A program made the position numbers and the translations under genes. The notes beneath the pieces were generated by a model that ran no database searches, was not told where the DNA came from, and was given only the letters and a program-made list of their open reading frames with translations. A DNA stretch of 64,000 nt. Source: Pseudomonadota bacterium (GTDB lineage Bacteria > Pseudomonadota > Alphaproteobacteria > Sphingomonadales > Sphingomonadaceae). Below are positions 58,402 through 64,000 of this stretch, piece after piece. Location of the stretch: contig JAEWEY010000006.1 of assembly GCA_023389105.1 (NCBI GenBank), positions 40,120 through 104,119 of the forward strand, read 5' to 3'. Every line of letters begins with the position of its first letter. Positions within the stretch are counted from its first letter, which is position 1.

Positions 58402-58508
58402 GACCGCGTTCGTGTAGCGCGCACTGGCTAAGACAGGGTTAAGCCCTCAATAACCTTGTACGGCCGCCTATTGTCGGCGCACCAACAGCTTTCTATCCCA
58501 AGGCCCGA

Positions 58509-60650
58509 ATGGCTCGCTCATCGAAATCGTCCGGACGCTCGACGTTCAGAACCGTCCTGACGGCTATGCTCTACGCTGCCGTGCTTGGCGTGCTTGCCCT
58601 CGTCGTCGCAGTGGCGGTCGCGGCGGCCTATCTGCCTAGCTATGGCGAACTGACCAAGCGCAACGATCTCGGCCAGATGATCCGTGTGCGCGCGGCCAAT
58701 GGGCAGGTGCTGGTGTCGATTGGCCCGAGTTTCGGACAGTGGCTGCCTTACGACCGCATCCCGGCCGAGATGCGCGCAGCTATGATCTCGACCGAGGACC
58801 GCCGTTTCCGCAGCCACATTGGTGTCGACCCCATCGGCATCGGCCGCGCGGTCGTGTCGGCGGTGTCGAAGGGCAAACGGGTCAGCGCCACCTCGACGAT
58901 CACGCAGCAGCTCGCGCGTAACATCTTCCTGACCAACAATCGCAGCTACGGCCGCAAGGTAAAGGAAGCGATCCTCGCGCTGGCGATCGAGCGAAAGTTC
59001 TCTAAGAACCAGATCCTCGAACTGTATCTGAATCGCGTCTACTTCGGCGGCGGGGCTTACGGCATCGACGCTGCATCCCGGAAATTCTTCGGCCACGGAG
59101 CAGACCATCTCAGTCTGGGCGAAGCGGCGATCATTGCGGGCTTGGTGAAGGCGCCCTCGAACTACTCGCCATCCGCCGACGTCGAGGCTGCACGCGCGCG
59201 GTCGAACGTCGTGCTTCAGACCATGGCGAAGAACGGCTTCATCACCCCGCAGACGGCCGCGGAAGTCGATCCGGCCAGCGTTCGAATCCAGCAGACCACT
59301 AACGAAAACAGCGTTCGCTATTTCACCGACTGGGCGCTGCCGCAGCTCGATACGCTGATCGACGAAACGAACGAGCCCATCGACGTCTGGACAACGCTTG
59401 ATCCCGCCATGCAGGTCGCGGCCGACAAGGCGATCCGCGCCGACGCACCGCCGGGTACACAAGGCGCCCTGGTTTCGATTGATCGCGACGGCGCCGTCCG
59501 CGCGATGGTCGGCGGCAAGGATTATGTCGCGTCGATCTACAACCGCGCAACCCAGGCGCAGCGACAGCCTGGCTCCGCATTCAAGCTGTTCGTCTATCTT
59601 GCCGCACTGGAAAGCGGGATGAAGCCGACGGACACCATCGTCGATGAACCGGTGACCATCGACGGCTGGACCCCGCGCAACTCGACGCGGACCAATCTTG
59701 GCCCGGTGACGCTGCGCGAGGCGTTCTCGCGGTCGATCAACACAATCAGCGCAAAGATCGGTGCCCAGGTCGGATTCTCGACCATCGCGGACATGGCGCG
59801 GCGGTTCGGAATCACATCCACTATTTCGACCTATCCCTCGATGGTGCTGGGCTCGAGCGAGGTTCGGCTGATCGACATGACGCGAGCATTCGCGTCGGTG
59901 CAGAACAAGGGGGTCGCGGTGACTCCTTACGGCATCCGCCGGGTCGTCACGGCCGACGGCCGCATGCTCTATCAGCACGACGCCGATGAGGAACGCGTGC
60001 TCGTGGCGCCCTGGGTGGCGGCAGAGATGACCGACCTGCTGCAGTCGGCGGTCCTGTCCGGTACCGGCCGTGCGGCGCAGATCGGCCGGCCCGTGGCCGG
60101 CAAGACAGGCACCACCTCCTCAAACAAGGACGGATGGTTCATCGGCTTCTCAAGCGGTCTCACAACGGGTGTGTGGATGGGGCGCGATGACGCCAAGACG
60201 GTGGGCAATCTGCAGGGCGGCACCGCGCCGGCCCGGGCGTTTCACGATTTCATGACCGTTGCAGTTGCCAATCGTCCTGTCGAGCAGTTCGAAACTCAGG
60301 TGCCACTGCCCGATTGGCAATTGACGCCCGAGGAGGAAACATTTGGCGATCAGGCGATTGATGCCAACGGCATGGCACCGATGGTCGATGAAAACGGAAT
60401 GCCGATCGGAACTCCGGCGCAGCCGTCAGATCAAAACTATCCGCCAAACCAGCCTATGGTTCGCCCCGACGGAACCGGAGACCCGACCCAGCAGGAGCTG
60501 GACCAGGCCTTCCCGCCACAACAGCAGCCGCCGCCGCAGCGCCAGCCCTACCCACCATCTCGTCAGCCGCAATATCCGCCGCCGCGTCAGTCGCAGCCGG
60601 AATCAGCGCCGCCGCCCGATCCGCTTCAACCTCGGCCCGACGCGGCGTAG
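58509..60650 (+). CDS. mrcA: class A penicillin-binding protein (PBP1A family) with a Pro/Gln-rich tail
   Basis: GT51 motifs EDRRFRSHIGVD and RKVKE. Transpeptidase motifs SAFK, SRSIN (SxN) and KTGT. N-terminal anchor. Confidence 0.92.
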   Translation: MARSSKSSGRSTFRTVLTAMLYAAVLGVLALVVAVAVAAAYLPSYGELTKRNDLGQMIRVRAANGQVLVSIGPSFGQWLPYDRIPAEMRAAMISTEDRRFRSHIGVDPIGIGRAVVSAVSKGKRVSATSTITQQLARNIFLTNNRSYGRKVKEAILALAIERKFSKNQILELYLNRVYFGGGAYGIDAASRKFFGHGADHLSLGEAAIIAGLVKAPSNYSPSADVEAARARSNVVLQTMAKNGFITPQTAAEVDPASVRIQQTTNENSVRYFTDWALPQLDTLIDETNEPIDVWTTLDPAMQVAADKAIRADAPPGTQGALVSIDRDGAVRAMVGGKDYVASIYNRATQAQRQPGSAFKLFVYLAALESGMKPTDTIVDEPVTIDGWTPRNSTRTNLGPVTLREAFSRSINTISAKIGAQVGFSTIADMARRFGITSTISTYPSMVLGSSEVRLIDMTRAFASVQNKGVAVTPYGIRRVVTADGRMLYQHDADEERVLVAPWVAAEMTDLLQSAVLSGTGRAAQIGRPVAGKTGTTSSNKDGWFIGFSSGLTTGVWMGRDDAKTVGNLQGGTAPARAFHDFMTVAVANRPVEQFETQVPLPDWQLTPEEETFGDQAIDANGMAPMVDENGMPIGTPAQPSDQNYPPNQPMVRPDGTGDPTQQELDQAFPPQQQPPPQRQPYPPSRQPQYPPPRQSQPESAPPPDPLQPRPDAA

Positions 60651-61328
60651 TTCCGACTTCGCCGCGGCGAGGCCGGGACCGTAAAGCTTCGCCTCCAGAG
60701 CCTTGAAGCGGGCACTGTGGTCAAGGTGGACGAGGTGCGCGACCTCATGGGCCACGACGAACCGGCGCACGTTAGGGCGCGCCATAATCAGCCGCCAACT
60801 GAGCCGTATCCGACCAGCCGATGAGCAGCTTCCCCAGCGCGTCCCGGCATCACCGATGGAAACGCCGGAAGCGGACACACCTGCCAACTCACAATATTCG
60901 GCGACCTCACGAGAGATGACGTCAAGACTTCGCTTTTTCAGGAAGCGCTCGACCCGGCCGGGTAGCGCGGCCTCCGGTCCACCAACGCGAAGGGAATTGT
61001 CTGTCAGATGCGGTAAGCGCGGGTAATCGGGATCCCAGGCGATCCGGATCTCGCCGCCTTCAAGGGGAAGTGTCGCGCCATTCTCGAACGGCTCCGGCGG
61101 CCCCGCGCGCGCCAGTTGCGTTTCAATCCAATCACGCTGGTCGAGCGCCCAAGCCAGGGCCTTGCGCCGGCTCGTGCGCGCAGGACAGGTCAGTTTGAGC
61201 GTGCCGCTCCCTTCATCGAAGCGCAAACGCAGCCGTCGCGCGTTGCGCATTGGCCGGATCTCAATCGGGACTGGAAGGGCGGCCTCGAGCGCCGCTTCAG
61301 AGCGCGCGGTCGACCACATGGTATTCAA
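60603..61328 (-). CDS. YgjP-like (DUF45/M48-type) metal-dependent hydrolase
   Basis: WGSCS...RLSWRLI...VVAHEVAHLVHLDHS. The 3' end overlaps the PBP gene convergently by 48 nt. Confidence 0.8.
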   Translation of the reverse strand: MNTMWSTARSEAALEAALPVPIEIRPMRNARRLRLRFDEGSGTLKLTCPARTSRRKALAWALDQRDWIETQLARAGPPEPFENGATLPLEGGEIRIAWDPDYPRLPHLTDNSLRVGGPEAALPGRVERFLKKRSLDVISREVAEYCELAGVSASGVSIGDAGTRWGSCSSAGRIRLSWRLIMARPNVRRFVVAHEVAHLVHLDHSARFKALEAKLYGPGLAAAKSELRRVGPRLKRIGRRR

Positions 61329-61734
61329 GATCGCCGGCGTCGTCCTCGCTCACCGTCCAGCCCCGCGTGGACTGTCCAGCCTCGTGCACCGTCTCCCGGC
61401 TGCCGGAGATCAGATAGTGCCATTCAGGGAGCGGCTCATCCGCCGCGCGCAGCCGGTAGGCGCAGGTCGCAGGAAGCCAATCGAGCCCTGACAAATTCTT
61501 GCGATCAAGGCGAACGCAGTCGGCCACGAGCTTCTTGCGATGCTTGTAGTCGAGGCAAAGGCCATTGCGCCGGTCCAGCAGCTTGCACGCGACATTGGTC
61601 GCGTAGAGCATGCCCGTATCCTCATCCTCGAGCTTGTGGACGCAACAGCGTCCGCATCCATCGCACAAGGCTTCCCATTCCCCGCGGTCGAGCGTGGCGA
61701 GGGGTTTCTCCCAAAATGGCGGGCTGCCGTTCAT
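61297..61734 (-). CDS. ycgN: YcgN family cysteine-cluster protein (UPF0260)
   Basis: FWEKPL...WEALCDGCGRCCVHKLEDEDTG...TNVACKLLD...C..Y..R. Confidence 0.85.
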   Translation of the reverse strand: MNGSPPFWEKPLATLDRGEWEALCDGCGRCCVHKLEDEDTGMLYATNVACKLLDRRNGLCLDYKHRKKLVADCVRLDRKNLSGLDWLPATCAYRLRAADEPLPEWHYLISGSRETVHEAGQSTRGWTVSEDDAGDLEYHVVDRAL

Positions 61735-61782
61735 GACAAGTAGAGCCTTGCTCTGCTAAGCGCGGCCAATCAAGCGGGCGGG

Positions 61783-62382
61783 TTGAGGCGCAAGGTCGTG
61801 AAAAAACTGGTTTTTGCTTTGTCTCTGGCGCTTTTCGCCGGTTCGCCAGCCGTCGGGCAAGCGCTCGGAACCGACGGGTATCAATTTATCGAGGCCGTGA
61901 AGAAGCGTGACGGGAACACGGCGACGTCGATGCTCGACAGCCATCCCCGCGGCTTCGTCGACACCAAGGGCGACGGTGGCGACACCGGCTTGCTCATCGC
62001 GATCAATCGCGGGGACGAGCAGTGGACCGGATTCCTTCTCAACAAGGGCGCGGATCCCAATCTTGCAGGCCGTAATGGTGAAACGCCGCTGATTGCCGCC
62101 GCCAAGGTGGGCTTCGAGCGCGCCATCGAATGGCTGATCAGCGAAGGCGCGCGCGTCGACGGCACCAATCGCAGCGGCGAGACCCCCCTGATCATCGCCG
62201 TTCAGCAGCGGAATTTGCCCGTCGTGCGGCAGTTGCTGAAGGCAGGGGCGAATCCTGACAAAAGCGACGCGGTCGCCGGCTATTCGGCGCGAGATTATGC
62301 GACGCGCGACACACGCGCTCGCGAAATCCTGAAGCTGATCGAGACGACCAAACCCAAAGCCGGGACGAGCGCGGCTAAGTAA
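61783..62382 (+). CDS. periplasmic ankyrin-repeat protein
   Basis: Signal peptide LVFALSLALFAGSPAVGQA. Three to four ANK units (GDTGLLIAINRGDEQWTGFLLNKGADPN, GETPLIAAAKVGFERAIEWLISEGARVD, GETPLIIAVQQRNLPVVRQLLKAGANPD). Confidence 0.85.
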   Translation: MRRKVVKKLVFALSLALFAGSPAVGQALGTDGYQFIEAVKKRDGNTATSMLDSHPRGFVDTKGDGGDTGLLIAINRGDEQWTGFLLNKGADPNLAGRNGETPLIAAAKVGFERAIEWLISEGARVDGTNRSGETPLIIAVQQRNLPVVRQLLKAGANPDKSDAVAGYSARDYATRDTRAREILKLIETTKPKAGTSAAK

Positions 62383-62860
62383 GCTCGCCGAGCGAGGGGT
62401 CGACCTGCACCGCCAGGCGCCGCGCGGCCCGGCGGGCAAATCGCAAGACCTCCGCCTTGCGCCGAGCTGGCGCCAACGGCCGCGATGATGCTTCCCGGAC
62501 GATGGCGGCGTCATAGCGGTCGGCGACGATCAGGCCGGCAGCCCCCGGAAGATAGCGATCTTCGTCGAGGTAGCGGGCGAGATGCTGAGGGACCGCCCAG
62601 AAGAAGCGATCGCAATAGTCCAGATAATCGGTCCACTTGTTGTCGCCGAGCAGGTCGGCCTTTGCGACCTTGATCTCGACGATCGTCAGCCAGCCTTTGC
62701 CGTCGATCGCCATCAAGTCCGCGCGGCGGCCGTTTGGCAGTGGCACCTCGCAGACGGCGAACAGATCGTGCCGGCAAAACAGGCGGGTAACGCCGCGCGC
62801 GACGTCAACCGCAACCGGCGGCGCGTCGGTGAAGCACAAGGAATCGGGCTGGGTGGCCAT
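62375..62860 (-). CDS. MmcB-family protein (PD-(D/E)xK-like)
   Basis: Internal ATG MATQPDSLCF. RADLMAIDGKGWLTIVEIKVAKADL is a D...ExK motif. About 161 aa, which fits the family. Confidence 0.7.
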   Translation of the reverse strand: MATQPDSLCFTDAPPVAVDVARGVTRLFCRHDLFAVCEVPLPNGRRADLMAIDGKGWLTIVEIKVAKADLLGDNKWTDYLDYCDRFFWAVPQHLARYLDEDRYLPGAAGLIVADRYDAAIVREASSRPLAPARRKAEVLRFARRAARRLAVQVDPSLGELT

Positions 62861-62887
62861 GGTCGATCCGTAGAACAAATCGTGGCC

Positions 62888-62916
62888 AAAAAGAAAGCGG
62901 GCGAGCAAAAGCCCGC
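62888..62916 (-). terminator. rho-independent terminator after the cell-wall hydrolase gene
   Basis: The minus strand reads GCGGGC-TTTTGCTC-GCCCGC followed by TTTCTTTTT. Confidence 0.6.
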
Positions 62917-62943
62917 CCGCCAGATCGAAAATTTTCCCGCCGC

Positions 62944-63594
62944 TTAGCGGTAAAAGACGTGATTGCCGATCGAAGCGACCCGCTTCATGCGCCAGCCCGG
63001 CGCCACATAGCGAGCGTGGAAGAATAGTGCGTCTCCGGCCGCTGATTCCTTGAGGTCGCGGTCCACGATCTTGGCGATGGCGACCGCCGTCTGCCACTGA
63101 CGGCTAGCCCGCGGCACGTTCGGCAAGCGGCTTCCGTGAACGAAAGAGAACTGGCCACGCTGGAACAGCACGCCGCAATAGCTGCTCGGAAAGCGACCAT
63201 GGCTGTCGGCGCGATTGGCGATCACCTGGCCCACGGCTAGCTGACCGGCCAGCGGTTCGCTCTTGGATTCAAAATAGATGCCGGTTGCCAGGCATTCGAG
63301 TTCGCGAGATCCGGCGTTCGAATTGCGCAGCTGGCCGACCATGTCGGCAAGCGAAGCCGTCGTCGCGACGGCGGGCTCAGCCTCTTCGGCTTGCTCTTCA
63401 GAAGCAGCGGCACTCGGCTGGGAAAGTGTTGGCTCGGCCTTGGGGTCGAGCAGATCGGGCGTAACCACCTTTGGGAGGGTCGCGCTAGTCACCGGGAGCA
63501 ACGGCTCCCCGGAAGGTCCGGCTTTGGCCGGAGCAATAACAGTCGCGGTGAGCGCCGCAATCATCAGCAGCGCTGAGCGAACAGAAGCCAACAT
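62944..63594 (-). CDS. SleB-type cell wall hydrolase
   Basis: Signal peptide, an acidic linker, then ECLATGIYFESKSEPLAGQLAVGQVIANR...YCGVLFQRGQFSF (Hydrolase_2 pattern). Confidence 0.85.
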   Translation of the reverse strand: MLASVRSALLMIAALTATVIAPAKAGPSGEPLLPVTSATLPKVVTPDLLDPKAEPTLSQPSAAASEEQAEEAEPAVATTASLADMVGQLRNSNAGSRELECLATGIYFESKSEPLAGQLAVGQVIANRADSHGRFPSSYCGVLFQRGQFSFVHGSRLPNVPRASRQWQTAVAIAKIVDRDLKESAAGDALFFHARYVAPGWRMKRVASIGNHVFYR

Positions 63595-63769
63595 TAGAAC
63601 CGTTTATTATGCGGTGAATCTCGAATGGGTGCGCCCATACACTGTGCGAATACTACCGCTGGCGACCGTCTTGATTCCCCGTCTTGCGTGGCATTTGGAG
63701 CAACTGGATGCTCACGAAATGCCCCCCGCTCTTTCGTTAGGCCCGAGATTTCAGCCTTGCCGAGCGTAA

Positions 63770-64000
63770 TCAACCCATCGCGGTCGTTTCAGCGATGAAT
63801 CGTTCGGGGTTCGCGATGTCTAGCTCAATTAACCAAGAATCGGGGTCGGAGCGTGCGCGGCGCGCGAGGAAATCAGCAATTTCCGCGGAACCCCGCGATT
63901 CGGACGGGCCGACATGCTGCCACTGGTAAGCCCCATCCAATGAGAGGACGCGTTCCAGCAGCGCGTTGTGCGCGCCGCGGCTGACGATGGCCAGCATGAT
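63770..64000 (-). CDS. hypothetical protein, C-terminal fragment (frame open to the window edge)
   Basis: The ORF continues past position 64000. I recognise no motif. Confidence 0.3.
   Translation of the reverse strand: MMLAIVSRGAHNALLERVLSLDGAYQWQHVGPSESRGSAEIADFLARRARSDPDSWLIELDIANPERFIAETTAMG

Noticed and set aside
52852-58508. A classical tRNA-linked genomic island carrying the DUF4402 operon.
   Set aside because: I found no integrase or recombinase. I found no direct repeat of the tRNA 3' end at the far border (58402-58508). The composition is not obviously foreign. Adjacency is recorded as an observation only.

Overview
This is a 64-kb chromosomal segment from a high-GC alphaproteobacterium. 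Gene content and order look Sphingomonadaceae-like, which is inference only. The window is densely coded and mostly housekeeping. Called genes include lptC-lptA-lptB-rpoN, gyrB, an M13 peptidase, rhlE, recF, dnaN, and a kynA/kynureninase-like/MFS operon. They also include bamE, yceD, a feoA-feoB-ssb run with a Fur-box-like site, the riboflavin operon ribD-ribE-ribB(X)-ribH, tonB, gltX, nadE, prs and rpmI-rplT. Further on are a glyoxylate-shunt operon (aceA-DUF4170-aceB) with a divergent RamB/ScfR-like regulator, pheST, plsC, ftsEX, one tRNA-Leu(GAG), a class A PBP, ycgN, mmcB and sleB. I saw no rRNA, CRISPR array, transposase, integrase or prophage genes. The most interesting locus is a five-gene minus-strand operon at 52953-58401, next to the tRNA-Leu. 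It encodes three secreted DUF4402-type subunits, a PapD-like periplasmic chaperone and a roughly 900-aa usher-like protein, which makes it a candidate uncharacterised chaperone-usher fibre system. Secondary curiosities are listed here. (1) A RibB-degenerate-GCHII protein has an N-terminal HTH-like extension and sits behind a perfect 18-bp palindrome. (2) A secreted Gly/Gln/Tyr repeat protein carries tandem RcnB-like modules. (3) Two tandem paralogous membrane-anchored proteins have no known function. (4) Small hydrophobic ORFs lie in a 740-bp gap. (5) REP-like hairpins bracket a low-GC gene. All calls come from reading the ORF translations and DNA by eye. No database search was run.
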